64,000 nt of DNA from a virus (IMGVR_UViG_3300001533_002237:1-64000); one strand, 5' to 3'; numbered from the stretch's first letter, positions 28,746 to 39,869 are shown. The notes: generated by a model not told the origin, from the letters alone. Numbers and translations are program-made.

Positions 28746-29272
28746 TGTTTATCTCAAAAAAAATAAGAAAGTTCTTAATAAAGTTAGGTGAAAATTTTAA
28801 TACTGATGAATATATTATTACAGCAGGTGTTGCAGATTTATTTAATTTTAATCGTCTAAGTATTAATACTGATTTATATGTTGGAGATATTGATATTAAT
28901 ATATCTGATATGAATGTATTGAAAAAAATTGAAGATGTTTTTAATGTTAAATTGGAATTGTTACAAGAATTTAATGAAAAACCAATAACCTTTTCAAATG
29001 GTTTTTTTGGTCAATCACCAGTTAAACAATATTTCTCACACTTAACACCATTAGATATTTATTATTTGGAAAATAAAAATAGATTTAAAAGTATAGAAAC
29101 AGGAATTGTTGATTTTTATGGGATTAAATTAAGATATAGTTATCCATCAAACACATATTTACAATCAGTAAATGCATTAAATTATAATTATAAAATGGAT
29201 AGAAAAAATATGATATTAAAGTATTTAAAAAAAATAATGATATATAATAGTTTGGATTATAAATTATGTTAA
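28745..29272 (+). CDS. Nucleotidyltransferase-like protein, paralog of 27779
   Basis: IITAG...GDIDIN...LDIY; shared C-terminal LKYL.K.MIY. Confidence 0.6.
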   Translation: MFISKKIRKFLIKLGENFNTDEYIITAGVADLFNFNRLSINTDLYVGDIDINISDMNVLKKIEDVFNVKLELLQEFNEKPITFSNGFFGQSPVKQYFSHLTPLDIYYLENKNRFKSIETGIVDFYGIKLRYSYPSNTYLQSVNALNYNYKMDRKNMILKYLKKIMIYNSLDYKLC

Positions 29273-29703
29273 CAGGAAGTACAGAAAATAGTAGATTAGC
29301 TGAATTACGTAAATATACAATTACTACTGATTTTACTAAACAATATGTTAGTAATGGTAGTTGGACAAATAATGGTGTTGATTATAATAATTCGACTTCA
29401 GGTGTGAGTGTTGTTTATTATATTAATGGAATTAAATACGTTGATGAAACAACTGATGATACAACAATCACAAAATTTAGTTTTATTCCAAAAAATGAAG
29501 CAAATTTCATATCAAAAGAATTAGTAAAAAATCCAAATAAAGATAAAATAATTTCTAATCCTAAAATAATTGATGATGTATTTATAACTAGAAATGATTT
29601 ATCAGCATTTGATAGAAATTATAGATTAGAATTTATTAGAAATTTATTTGAACTTACTACATATGCTGGTGGAAAATATTTTAAAATAATAAATAATACA
29701 TAA
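29266..29703 (+). CDS. Virion-region hypothetical protein
   Basis: 145-aa Thr/Asn-rich ORF within the structural operon. Confidence 0.65.
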   Translation: MLTGSTENSRLAELRKYTITTDFTKQYVSNGSWTNNGVDYNNSTSGVSVVYYINGIKYVDETTDDTTITKFSFIPKNEANFISKELVKNPNKDKIISNPKIIDDVFITRNDLSAFDRNYRLEFIRNLFELTTYAGGKYFKIINNT

Positions 29704-29704
29704 T

Positions 29705-30652
29705 ATGGCAAATCAACATACAGTAATTAATTATTCTAAAGATGAGATAAATGAAATTGTTTCTTTATATATTAATGGTATGTCTTTTACAAAAATTAGT
29801 TTAAGATTAGGTCGTAAAAAAAATAATATAAAAAAAATATTAATTCGAGAGGGTGTTTTTGTTAAAGATAGAGATAATGTTAAAAAGAAATTTTCTGATA
29901 ACGATATTAATGAAATTATTTATTTATATGTGAAGAAGAATTGGGGGTTACGTAAAATTAGTGAAAAATTTAATGTTAGTATTTCACCAATAAAAAGAAT
30001 AATTAAAGAACATAATGTATTAATAAAAGGGTATAGTGATGGGAAGAAAATTAATATAAGTGAAAGAGAAAAAAAAATAATATATAATTTATATTTAAAT
30101 GAGAAAAAAAATTGTAAAGAAATTGAAGATATTTTAGGATATTCATGTAATTTTATTAGCAGTTTTTTATCTAAAAACAATAAATTAAGGAGTAGAAGTG
30201 AAGCAACTACATTATATAAAACAGGAAAAAGTCCTTCAAAAGAAGCTATTGAAAATATGAAAGAAGGACAGAGAAAATTAGTTCTTAGTGGTAAAAGAAA
30301 ACAAACTGGTGGGGTATGTAAAAAATATCTTGTTAATGAAATTTCATGTCATGGTATATCAGAAAAAAAATATATCGAACATTTAATTAATGAAAATAAA
30401 AATCTTCCCGAAAATTGTTCTTATGTATTAACCCCCTTTGGAACGTATTATCCTGATTTTAAATATGACGATAAATATATTGAAATTAAATCGACATATA
30501 CTTATGATGTATTATATGGTTTAAAAAAAAGTAGATGGACAAAAAAATATGACACAACTCAATTAAAAAAAATAAAATGGGTTAATGAAAATATAATGCC
30601 TATTGAATTAATTGTTGTTGATAAAAATAATTTTATTTCAAATAAAATATAA
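29705..30652 (+). mobile_element. Homing-endonuclease-like protein (HTH repeats, NUMOD3-like motif, PD-(D/E)XK domain)
   Basis: Three I..LY....S...I HTH repeats, GKSPSKEAIENMKE, E...YYPDF...IEIKS. Confidence 0.75.
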
Positions 30653-30656
30653 TAAA

Positions 30657-31562
30657 GTGAGCATTGGAACCTATGGTATAACAAGACCTTCGGATGTAAG
30701 CATTAATGATATTGATGTTTATTATAGCTATACGCCTAATAGAGAAACAATTAATGATAATATAATTAAATTAGATTCAAACGAGATTTTATCTGAAAAT
30801 TATTTACCTGAAGACGAACAGATTGTAGGTAATGAAAATCTTTTAGAAGGTCTTTATAACCTAAGACTTCCTGCTTCAGTTTTTGGACAATTAGGTATAT
30901 ATACAATTTATCTTAAACCAAAAACAATTACATTAACTATTCAAAATTGTAGTGTGTTATCATCATTACCTAGTGTTAAAGGAATTGTTATTGATAGTAA
31001 TGATTTACCTTCAGCATTAAGAGAGAATAATTCATTACAGGGTTATAGAATTGAATATATCGATACTATAACAAATAATAAAATAAGAAATCGTGCTCGT
31101 TATATAGTAACATCAAACAAGGTTGTTCCTGTTAATGAAAATGTTGGAAATACAAATCAATTAGCAACAAGATATAGATTTGATGATAGTGGTTCTTTAA
31201 TATTTTTACAAGTCACACCAAGTAGTTCTAGTGATGTTAAACCAAATTCATCACCACCAATTGGAACATCTGACCAAACAATAATTATATCAAATACATT
31301 TTTTTCACCATTAGTTATTGAAGTTGAAATGGTTAAAAATACAATTGATACACTTACTAATTATGTTGCTGGTGAAATGGTTAAAGATGTTGATAATGGT
31401 ATTTTAACATATTATGATGAAAACAGGATTATAACCAGACAATTTAATATTTATGAAATTAAAGACGATGTTGGTGATGTTCCATTATATGAAGTTAAAG
31501 AAAAAAGAACTAATATTGATGAAAATCAAAATTTTGATTCGGTTATCAGTGATGTTCAATAA
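30657..31562 (+). CDS. Virion structural protein (probable GTG start)
   Basis: GTG AGC ATT GGA ACC TAT follows the endonuclease stop; the ORF-track start at 30612 overlaps the endonuclease. Confidence 0.65.
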   Translation: MSIGTYGITRPSDVSINDIDVYYSYTPNRETINDNIIKLDSNEILSENYLPEDEQIVGNENLLEGLYNLRLPASVFGQLGIYTIYLKPKTITLTIQNCSVLSSLPSVKGIVIDSNDLPSALRENNSLQGYRIEYIDTITNNKIRNRARYIVTSNKVVPVNENVGNTNQLATRYRFDDSGSLIFLQVTPSSSSDVKPNSSPPIGTSDQTIIISNTFFSPLVIEVEMVKNTIDTLTNYVAGEMVKDVDNGILTYYDENRIITRQFNIYEIKDDVGDVPLYEVKEKRTNIDENQNFDSVISDVQ

Positions 31563-31581
31563 TAATTTAATAATTACAATG

Positions 31582-31609
31582 AAAACCCAATTTAATAATT
31601 GGGTTTTTT
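31582..31609 (+). terminator. Rho-independent terminator
   Basis: aaaacccaatt-taat-aattgggtttt. Confidence 0.8.
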
Positions 31610-31641
31610 CTTTTTATCGTATTTATAGTAAATCGTAAATT

Positions 31642-34600
31642 GTGGCTAAAGTAAAAGTAGTAAAAACAGGTCTTAATTATAATCTAAATGGTCAGTCTTT
31701 TAATGACACACCATCGAACACAATATTTTCTTTTGGGAAATTTTTTGTTACAACAAATTTTGATAATAAAGTTAATATTGATTATAGTAATACTTTAAGT
31801 TCATTTGTTCGTCCAGTTACATTAAATAGTATGGGTGTTTCAGAAAAACAATCTGAAATAATTCAAAAATATGATACTAATGTTGTTTTAAATCTTGATA
31901 AATCAGATTTAAATACATTTGTTAGATATGGTTCAGCATATGAATTTATTAGAAAATCAATACAAAATATAATTTTAGCCTATCCCGGTTCATTATTCAT
32001 TAATTCACAATTAGAAGATGTTGATACATTTAACAATCTTACATATGATAATATATCAGATACATCAATATTCTATATTCCAACATCAAATATATCAAAT
32101 ACTTTTGGTTTAGTTTATAATTTAGGTAATACCAGTACACCTGATGATAATAAATTGAAAAATTTAAATGATTCATATAATGAATATGTAATTTGGTCTA
32201 GTCTTGAATCAACAACATTTAAAATTATTGGTTTTACTGGAAATACTGATAAAAGTACTGCAAATTATAATATAGGATTACCTAAATCAAATTATTTAAG
32301 ATTAGAAGTTGAAGGAAATCCATTTAAATTATTAACATCTGGTAGTAGTGGTATTGTTGATTATCATATTAGACCAAATAATGTTAATTTTGAAGAATTT
32401 CGTGCTGAACTCAGTTCATATGAACAAAATATTGTTTCTAATAGAAATAATAAAGGTTTTCAATTCAAATTAAAAGACCCTACATTACTTGAAGACGGAA
32501 AAATTATTTATAGTGATTCTGATATTGTTTGGGCAACCAGTGATGGATATAATATTGATGTTAATACACCATCATATCAGAGATTTTTAGATGTTGTATT
32601 AACTATTGGTGCTAAATATGATAAAATAAAAACAGATTTAATTGCAAGATTTTTAACACCTTCTTCACTTAAAACATATGATATTACTGAAGAAGGTAAA
32701 ATAAGTAAATTATTAAGAATATATGGTGCTGAATTCGACCAATTAAGACAATTTATCGATTCATTAGTTAATATCAATAAAGTAACATATGATAAATTAA
32801 ATAATGCTCCTGACCAAATTATAAAAAATATGGCAAATACTTTCGGTTGGGAATATTTTTCATTAGTGAATGAAAGTGAATTAATTGATGGATTTCTAAC
32901 CATTGATGATATTGAAAGAAATTTAAATGATAATATTTTACCAGCAGAAATCGATGTTGAGTTATGGAGAAGAATTTTAAATAATACAAGTTATTTTTGG
33001 AAATCTAAAGGTACTCGTCAAGCAATTAAATCAATGTTTTTATTAATCGGAATTCCAGAACCATTTATTAATATTACAGAATACGTATATACTGTTGATG
33101 GAAAAATCAACCCAAATACTGTAGAATTAAATCAAGACGATTTTCCTTCAAATTCTCTACCATATGATACTGAAGGATATCCTATTGCACCATTAGAAAC
33201 TAATGATTTTTATTTTCAATTATCTGGTGACAGTGATAGCGGTCAAGCATATCTTGATGTATTTCGTATGGCTGGATTTAATCTTAGACAAACACCAGAT
33301 AATAAAAAATTATGGATACAGACAGGTACAACAACAAGGGTTCATTATAGTACACCACAATATTATCAAGAAGATAGTAGACTTGTAATTAATACTAAAG
33401 AAGTTGATATTGCATTAGACACTGCACGTGGAATTGAATATGATGTATATAAATATATTCAAAAAGATTTTGAAGTAAATAGTAGTGGTTATACTCTGCC
33501 TTATTCATATGTTAATATATCATCAATACCGAATGTTGGAAACACATTTACATTACCATATAACATTGATGAAATCCAAGGTGATTTTGAAGTAAGATAT
33601 AATGGTATATTATTAAATGCTCCTTCAATATCAGGTACAAGTTCAAGTACAGATGCTGATTACAGTGTTTCAGGAAATCAATTTACGATTCCCGAACTTA
33701 GTGGTGGAATACGTTCTACCGATGTGATTCAAGCAACATTAATAAGTACTGGTGATACTAATGGTGTTGCTGTTAGTGGAATTACTGTTGATTATATTGT
33801 AACTAGAGTTAATGCTAAATTAAATGGAACATATGTACCACTACCAAGTTTTCCACGTGGTGATGTTCAATTAATAATAAATGGAATTGCACTTACTAAA
33901 GGCACTTCTCAATTTACTGCTGATTATATTTTAGACCCAACAAATTCAACTGGTGGAACAAATCAAATAATAATTCAAAATCCCGATGTAATTGCATATC
34001 TAAATGAAAATCCAGAAATTCAAATTTCCTATGTTGAAGTACAAGGAAGTAATGATATTAATTTAAGAAGTGAAATTATTAGAGTTGATAGTTTTAGTAC
34101 AGGTAAAATATATTTTAATAATAGTGCAAATAAATATGTTTATAAACTTAATTATAAAGTAAATAATGCTAGTGAAATAAAAATGTTAATTAATGGAATT
34201 GCTTTAGAACCTTTAAAAGATTATAATATTAATGTACAAAATAAATATGAAATATTCTTACCTAAAGGAATTAGATATGGTACTGTAATTAGTACGTATT
34301 ATCTTGTTGGGGGTGCTGGTGCATTTAATCCAGTAATAAATGATGTTTTTGGTCTTGGTGATATAAGTAAATTATCATTTCTTGAATTCCTTGAATTAGT
34401 TCAGAGAAAAATGATTAATGTAAGAAATAGAAAAACTATTACAGATTTTAAAGGTGGATGGTATCCAACAGTTTTAAAACTTTATGAAACATATCTAAAA
34501 AGAGCATTATTAGCTGATGATAATCCATTACAATCAAATGGTTATACATTTCAAAACCTATACCCGTTTTTAATTAAATATAATGCATTTTTTCAAAGAT

Positions 34601-36135
34601 TCATAGACCAATTATTGGCTGCAACAATTATCCTTAAAAAAAGTGGCTTATTAATTAGAAATAGTTTATTTACAAGACAAAAACATTGGTATAAAAGAGG
34701 CGTTAATGTCGCAAGTGGTACAACAAATTATGATATGAGAGGTAATGCATTGCTTCAATATTTTGGTGATGATGGAAGTACTTTTGAAATTCTTCAAGAT
34801 ACTTTACCACCTCCACCACCTGAACCACCACAATTATATGTTGAAACAACAACAGGTATTTTAGGTAGTATCATTACTGGTGGTAAAAATATTATTGGTT
34901 ATGATATATTAACTTCATATGGTATTGAATATAAGAAAAAATCTAGTAGTCAATGGATTAAGATTAAAAATATTGGTTCTCTTAATAATAATAGTTTTTC
35001 AATAACAATTCCTGATAGTGTGTTGGATTATGATACACAATATAATTATAGAGCATTTATTGTATTGAATGAATTTAGTTATTTTGGTAATATGAAAACT
35101 ATTACAACTGAACCAGCACCATTACCATCTCCATCAGTTAAAACAACGACAGGTACTGCTGGAATTAATTCTATTATTAATACTGGTGGTGAAAATATCA
35201 TTAGATATTCAGATATTCAATATTATGGAATGCAATATAAAAAATCAACTAATACTACTTGGATATTAAGTCCTAATCCTCCAACATCTGGAAGTTTAAG
35301 TGTTAATAATTATAGAAAAACAATTAGTGGATTAGACCCTAGCACAACATATAATTATCGTGCTCGTATTGTTGTTGATGGTGTTGCATATACTGGTAGT
35401 ATTAAACAAATAACAACAAAAAGTTTAATGACATCTGAACCAACAGTAATTACTAATTGTATTGGTATTATTAGAGTAACAAAAACAAGTATTGTTGTTC
35501 CAAATAATAAACTAATGATAACAGGTGGTGAATCAACAAGTGAATATGGTACATTATATTCACAGTGGTCAAGTTTTTCAAAAGATGATTTAAGTTCATC
35601 TTGTGTTTTTAATGCAGGTAGTATTACTGGTGGTACGACATGGAATAATACAATTAGTGGATTATCACCAAATACCACATATTATTTTAAAGCATATGCA
35701 ATAAATAGTGTTGGTGTTGGTGTTGGTTCAACTTGTAATGCTAAAACTAATGCATTAGATCATCCACCAATACCAGAAGACGAAAATTATATTCGACTTG
35801 ATTTAGAATGGGTTGATGGTACATATAATGATAGTAATGATGGTATGGGTGGTTATGTTAAATTGTATGAAGGAACAACAGAAACTTTTGTAAAGAATAT
35901 ACCTGAACCAAGTTATCAACATACAATGTGTTTTAATAATCTTGATGAAAACTCTACATATGGAGTTTGTTTAGATAGTGTTGTAGCAATAATTAACAAT
36001 GGTGCTGATCAAGTTGCAGATATTTGTTGGTATTGTTGGGATGACGAATCAAATTATAGTACTAGTTTATCAATCCCAAATATTGATGGTGGTAGTATTA
36101 GTAAATTTTGTGTGGAAGTGAAACTTAGTGGTTAA
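31642..36135 (+). CDS. Large baseplate/tail protein with C-terminal fibronectin type III repeats
   Basis: YFWKSKGTRQAI (tail-protein-like), repeated ING.L...DY beta domains, FN3 signatures GLDPSTTYNYRA and GLSPNTTYYFKAYAINSVG. Confidence 0.75.
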   Translation: MAKVKVVKTGLNYNLNGQSFNDTPSNTIFSFGKFFVTTNFDNKVNIDYSNTLSSFVRPVTLNSMGVSEKQSEIIQKYDTNVVLNLDKSDLNTFVRYGSAYEFIRKSIQNIILAYPGSLFINSQLEDVDTFNNLTYDNISDTSIFYIPTSNISNTFGLVYNLGNTSTPDDNKLKNLNDSYNEYVIWSSLESTTFKIIGFTGNTDKSTANYNIGLPKSNYLRLEVEGNPFKLLTSGSSGIVDYHIRPNNVNFEEFRAELSSYEQNIVSNRNNKGFQFKLKDPTLLEDGKIIYSDSDIVWATSDGYNIDVNTPSYQRFLDVVLTIGAKYDKIKTDLIARFLTPSSLKTYDITEEGKISKLLRIYGAEFDQLRQFIDSLVNINKVTYDKLNNAPDQIIKNMANTFGWEYFSLVNESELIDGFLTIDDIERNLNDNILPAEIDVELWRRILNNTSYFWKSKGTRQAIKSMFLLIGIPEPFINITEYVYTVDGKINPNTVELNQDDFPSNSLPYDTEGYPIAPLETNDFYFQLSGDSDSGQAYLDVFRMAGFNLRQTPDNKKLWIQTGTTTRVHYSTPQYYQEDSRLVINTKEVDIALDTARGIEYDVYKYIQKDFEVNSSGYTLPYSYVNISSIPNVGNTFTLPYNIDEIQGDFEVRYNGILLNAPSISGTSSSTDADYSVSGNQFTIPELSGGIRSTDVIQATLISTGDTNGVAVSGITVDYIVTRVNAKLNGTYVPLPSFPRGDVQLIINGIALTKGTSQFTADYILDPTNSTGGTNQIIIQNPDVIAYLNENPEIQISYVEVQGSNDINLRSEIIRVDSFSTGKIYFNNSANKYVYKLNYKVNNASEIKMLINGIALEPLKDYNINVQNKYEIFLPKGIRYGTVISTYYLVGGAGAFNPVINDVFGLGDISKLSFLEFLELVQRKMINVRNRKTITDFKGGWYPTVLKLYETYLKRALLADDNPLQSNGYTFQNLYPFLIKYNAFFQRFIDQLLAATIILKKSGLLIRNSLFTRQKHWYKRGVNVASGTTNYDMRGNALLQYFGDDGSTFEILQDTLPPPPPEPPQLYVETTTGILGSIITGGKNIIGYDILTSYGIEYKKKSSSQWIKIKNIGSLNNNSFSITIPDSVLDYDTQYNYRAFIVLNEFSYFGNMKTITTEPAPLPSPSVKTTTGTAGINSIINTGGENIIRYSDIQYYGMQYKKSTNTTWILSPNPPTSGSLSVNNYRKTISGLDPSTTYNYRARIVVDGVAYTGSIKQITTKSLMTSEPTVITNCIGIIRVTKTSIVVPNNKLMITGGESTSEYGTLYSQWSSFSKDDLSSSCVFNAGSITGGTTWNNTISGLSPNTTYYFKAYAINSVGVGVGSTCNAKTNALDHPPIPEDENYIRLDLEWVDGTYNDSNDGMGGYVKLYEGTTETFVKNIPEPSYQHTMCFNNLDENSTYGVCLDSVVAIINNGADQVADICWYCWDDESNYSTSLSIPNIDGGSISKFCVEVKLSG

Positions 36136-36184
36136 CAATAATATTAAAATAAAATTAATTGTATTTATATAAAAAGAAAATTAA

Positions 36185-37453
36185 ATGGCATTTATTGAGA
36201 AAAAAAATCCGATTGTAATGAATATTAAATTAACTTCTAAAGGTAGAGAATTATTATCTGGGGGTAATTTAGATTTCAAATATTTTGCTATTGGTGATAG
36301 TGAAGTTGATTATGAATTTAATGCTAAAGTTAATGCTATTGATGAAGAATATAGTGCATTTGATTCAAGTATATTAAGAGCAGCAGATAAAAATCCTAGT
36401 TTAATATCGTTTATACCTAGAAATATAAGTGGTGACTCATATAATGAATTAACATCAGTACCAGTAGCAAAATATGTTGTTGAAAATCAAGTAGAGTCCT
36501 TGGGATTTTTTAGTGATAACAATACTAAATTTATTGTTGATAGTAATCATGTAAAACAACCAGATTGTATAATTGATATTAAAATTCCTGATGGTGGTAA
36601 TGTTATTTATCTAAAAAAGGGAAGTTTGTATGGTAGAAGTAGAGAAGAACCTGCTGTTGGTGACATATTATTTGTAAAGTGGTCGTATAATAAAAATACA
36701 ACAGAATTTACAGTTAATAAAAATGAACCAAGACCACATTTATTTTATAAAATAACTAAAATAATATCTGGTATATTAGCAAATAATAATGTTGCTGTTG
36801 AAGTTGATAGAGACATACCTGATTTTGATGGATATTCATCAGGTAAATATGCTGGTGCAATGATATTATATAATGAACTCACATTTAGTGGTGATACAAT
36901 ATTAAATATGTCATCTACTGATTATCTTGATGAAAGTGTTATTAATTTTCTTGAAAATAGTCAGTGTCCAACAATTGTTTTTCCATATTGGAATATGTCA
37001 ATTATTTATACTGAAGAAATTGCTGGTGTACAGGCAGGAAATTTAAAATATACACAATTTAAAAATAGAAAATTTGGTGGATTTATATCTTATATCCAAA
37101 ATCAAGCACCTATACTAAAAAAATTAGGTATTATACACTATACAAATAATAGTTCTGCTAATGTTTATGGTGAAGGATTTTTACATAATACACCAACGCT
37201 TGATATTCCAACAATAATGTGGCATAAATCAAGTACAAAAACATTAGGTACAACATTATCTGCAAATGGTGGTCAGCAATTATTAACTGGTCTTAATATT
37301 TATTATTATGATTTAGCTGATGATAATGGTTTTGTTGTTGGAAAAATATTTCCAGATTTAAAAATATTTGTGATTGAAGACCAAGAATTATTATTTGCAA
37401 TGTCATATAAATCAAATAGGTCTTGGACTATTCCAAATTATAATATAGTATAA
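36185..37453 (+). CDS. Virion structural protein (tail/baseplate)
   Basis: LTSKGRELL...YFAIGDSE N-terminus; late motif at 36161. Confidence 0.6.
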   Translation: MAFIEKKNPIVMNIKLTSKGRELLSGGNLDFKYFAIGDSEVDYEFNAKVNAIDEEYSAFDSSILRAADKNPSLISFIPRNISGDSYNELTSVPVAKYVVENQVESLGFFSDNNTKFIVDSNHVKQPDCIIDIKIPDGGNVIYLKKGSLYGRSREEPAVGDILFVKWSYNKNTTEFTVNKNEPRPHLFYKITKIISGILANNNVAVEVDRDIPDFDGYSSGKYAGAMILYNELTFSGDTILNMSSTDYLDESVINFLENSQCPTIVFPYWNMSIIYTEEIAGVQAGNLKYTQFKNRKFGGFISYIQNQAPILKKLGIIHYTNNSSANVYGEGFLHNTPTLDIPTIMWHKSSTKTLGTTLSANGGQQLLTGLNIYYYDLADDNGFVVGKIFPDLKIFVIEDQELLFAMSYKSNRSWTIPNYNIV

Positions 37454-37465
37454 AAAATTAAAATA

Positions 37466-38218
37466 ATGAGTGGAAATACAGCATTTATAACATACGTCTT
37501 AATACCTAATGGTTTACAAACAACAGGTAATTATAGTCAAGCAATTCATTGTAATTATATAAAAAAAATTGATTTAGGTTCAGCAGACCCTTATGTTCAA
37601 GAAATTAGATTTAATTTTCCGAATAAAAATGATTTTAAGTTTCTTGCTAAAGATACGATTGTAACAAATACTCTTGGAACAGGTTTTACTGCAAACAAAA
37701 TACATGCAATTGTACAAATTGTCGATAACGCACCATTTACAAGTTATGATGATGTAAAACCAGACCCAATAAAATGGAAACAATTTGATGTTACTAACCA
37801 AGTAAGTGGTTATACAACAGGTAATACATTCTTTTTAACACCTGATAATATCACAAGTACTGTATTTAAAGTATCATTATTATCATATACTAATTCATCA
37901 ATATTTATTCCATATAATCTTGATTATTTAGATTATAGTAATAATGAATTACCTTTTGGTGAAGAAACATATTTTTTTGGTAATGTTTCTTCAGGCATTA
38001 AAGCCGATGTTTATACTACAGATATTAATATTAATTTACCATTAAATGAATTTAATTCCAGTACAAATAAAACTTGGGATGGGGATGAAACTGTCTATAT
38101 TAGTGAAATTGGAATTTATGATAGTAACAAAAACCTTGTTGCAATAGGTAAATTAAATGACCCTGTTGCTAAAGATGGAACTATTGCTAGAACAATAGTA
38201 TTTGCATTAGACTTCTAA
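37466..38218 (+). CDS. Virion structural protein (tail-collar/fibre-like C-terminus)
   Basis: ISEIGIYDSNKNLVAIGKLNDPVAK. Confidence 0.6.
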   Translation: MSGNTAFITYVLIPNGLQTTGNYSQAIHCNYIKKIDLGSADPYVQEIRFNFPNKNDFKFLAKDTIVTNTLGTGFTANKIHAIVQIVDNAPFTSYDDVKPDPIKWKQFDVTNQVSGYTTGNTFFLTPDNITSTVFKVSLLSYTNSSIFIPYNLDYLDYSNNELPFGEETYFFGNVSSGIKADVYTTDININLPLNEFNSSTNKTWDGDETVYISEIGIYDSNKNLVAIGKLNDPVAKDGTIARTIVFALDF

Positions 38219-38312
38219 ATTTAATTTATTTTTAATAAAAACATAAAAATATATAATTTTTTATAAAATCTTAGTATTTATTATAAATTATGAAATAAAA
38301 ATTTAAATAAAT

Positions 38313-38516
38313 ATGAAAGAAATATTTACGCTCGATAAAATAAAACCAAAATCGGTTATTATTGATGGTAATTTACATAATAAATTTAAGATATTATGTA
38401 AAGGAAAAAGTTTGAAAATTGGTGGTGTTATTGAAGATTTAATTAATCTATATATTAACAATCCAAGAAGAATTCAAGAATTAATTGAAGAATTTAAAGA
38501 AAATAAATATAAATAA
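38313..38516 (+). CDS. Small ribbon-helix-helix-like DNA-binding protein
   Basis: KSVIIDGNLHNKFKILC...IGGVIEDLINLY. Confidence 0.5.
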   Translation: MKEIFTLDKIKPKSVIIDGNLHNKFKILCKGKSLKIGGVIEDLINLYINNPRRIQELIEEFKENKYK

Positions 38517-38519
38517 ATT

Positions 38520-39146
38520 ATGGAAAATTATATTTGGTCGTTAGATATCAGCACAACAAATATTGGAATGGCATTATGGGATAGTAATGGTAAACTAATT
38601 GAACTTAAACATCTTGAATTAAAAACAGATAAAAATACACCTGTTGAAAACAGAGACATTTATAAAGCTGAAGTTTTTAGAAAATATGTTTATGAGTATC
38701 AGAAAAGAGTGTTAGATGAATTAAATGGTGTTATTATTGAAACTATTGTTGAAGAACCTTTAGGTGGTAGTAATAATCAAAACACAGTATCATTATTATT
38801 TGGATTTAATGGTATGTGTAGATATATATTATATACGATATTTAACACATATCCAATAAAAATTAGTGTTTATGAATCACGTAAAATATTTTGTGATGAA
38901 TTAGTTAAGATTTCTAATACTAGAAACAGAAAAACAGGTGAAATTGAAAGAAAAGAAACATTATCATTTCCACCAGAATATCGGAAAGAAAAAAAATTGT
39001 ATATCTGGAAAAAAGTTTGTAAATTAGAACCCCAAATTGAATGGTTTTATAAAAAAGATGGTAAACCTAAAGATATGTGCTATGACTTAAGTGACAGCTA
39101 TTGTGTAGGTTATGCTGGTCTAAAAAGTATGGGTATAATAAAATAA
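38520..39146 (+). CDS. ruvC: RuvC-like Holliday junction resolvase
   Basis: SLDISTTNIG, IVEEP, K, DLSDS acidic tetrad. Confidence 0.8.
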   Translation: MENYIWSLDISTTNIGMALWDSNGKLIELKHLELKTDKNTPVENRDIYKAEVFRKYVYEYQKRVLDELNGVIIETIVEEPLGGSNNQNTVSLLFGFNGMCRYILYTIFNTYPIKISVYESRKIFCDELVKISNTRNRKTGEIERKETLSFPPEYRKEKKLYIWKKVCKLEPQIEWFYKKDGKPKDMCYDLSDSYCVGYAGLKSMGIIK

Positions 39147-39147
39147 T

Positions 39148-39555
39148 ATGGGAAAAAGAATTTATAATTTAGAATACTTCAAAAATTGGGCAATTTCTAA
39201 AGGTGAAAGAATAGTTACATATATTTTAACTACAAATTGTATTCAATTTGAAAGACAGAAAAAATTTAATGATTGTCTTGGGAAAAAACAAAAACTATTA
39301 TTTGATTTTTATTTGCCAGAACATAACATTTTAATTGAATATGATGGTGAACAACATTTTAAACCTAAATCATTTTATCGTTGTTCAATTGAAACAGCAA
39401 AAAAATCGTTTAATGAATTAAAAAGAAACGACATAATAAAAAATGAGTATTGTAAGAAAAATAATATTACTTTAATTAGAATTCCATATACAATAAAAAA
39501 TATTAACAAGTATTTGTTGAATAAATTAAATGGTATAATGGAATTAGTTTATTAG
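39148..39555 (+). CDS. Truncated PD-(D/E)XK/Vsr-like endonuclease related to 18386
   Basis: SKGE...FDFYLPEHNILIEYDGEQH...D..KNEYC..NNITLIRIPY, lacking the zinc repeats. Confidence 0.75.
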   Translation: MGKRIYNLEYFKNWAISKGERIVTYILTTNCIQFERQKKFNDCLGKKQKLLFDFYLPEHNILIEYDGEQHFKPKSFYRCSIETAKKSFNELKRNDIIKNEYCKKNNITLIRIPYTIKNINKYLLNKLNGIMELVY

Positions 39556-39556
39556 A

Positions 39557-39865
39557 ATGAAATACGTATATTTAATTCAATCATTAGAAAATAGTTACTA
39601 TAAAATTGGTGTATCTAAACATCCAAAGAAGAGGATTAAAGAACTTCAAACAGGAAATTCATCAGAATTAAAATTAGTTGAATCATATGAATTTGAACAT
39701 GCACACATGATAGAGAAGACATTTCATAATAAACTTATTTATTTAAAAAAAGAAGGTGAATGGTTTAATTTATCATTAATTAATGAACTAAATTTTATTG
39801 ATGAGTGTAAGAAAATTGAAAATAATATCATTTTATTGAAAGAAAATGGCAATGTATTTATGTAA
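39557..39865 (+). CDS. GIY-YIG (T5orf172-like) nuclease
   Basis: YVYLIQ...YYKIGVS..P.KR..ELQTGN...E..FH...GEWF. Confidence 0.85.
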   Translation: MKYVYLIQSLENSYYKIGVSKHPKKRIKELQTGNSSELKLVESYEFEHAHMIEKTFHNKLIYLKKEGEWFNLSLINELNFIDECKKIENNIILLKENGNVFM

Positions 39866-39869
39866 ACTC

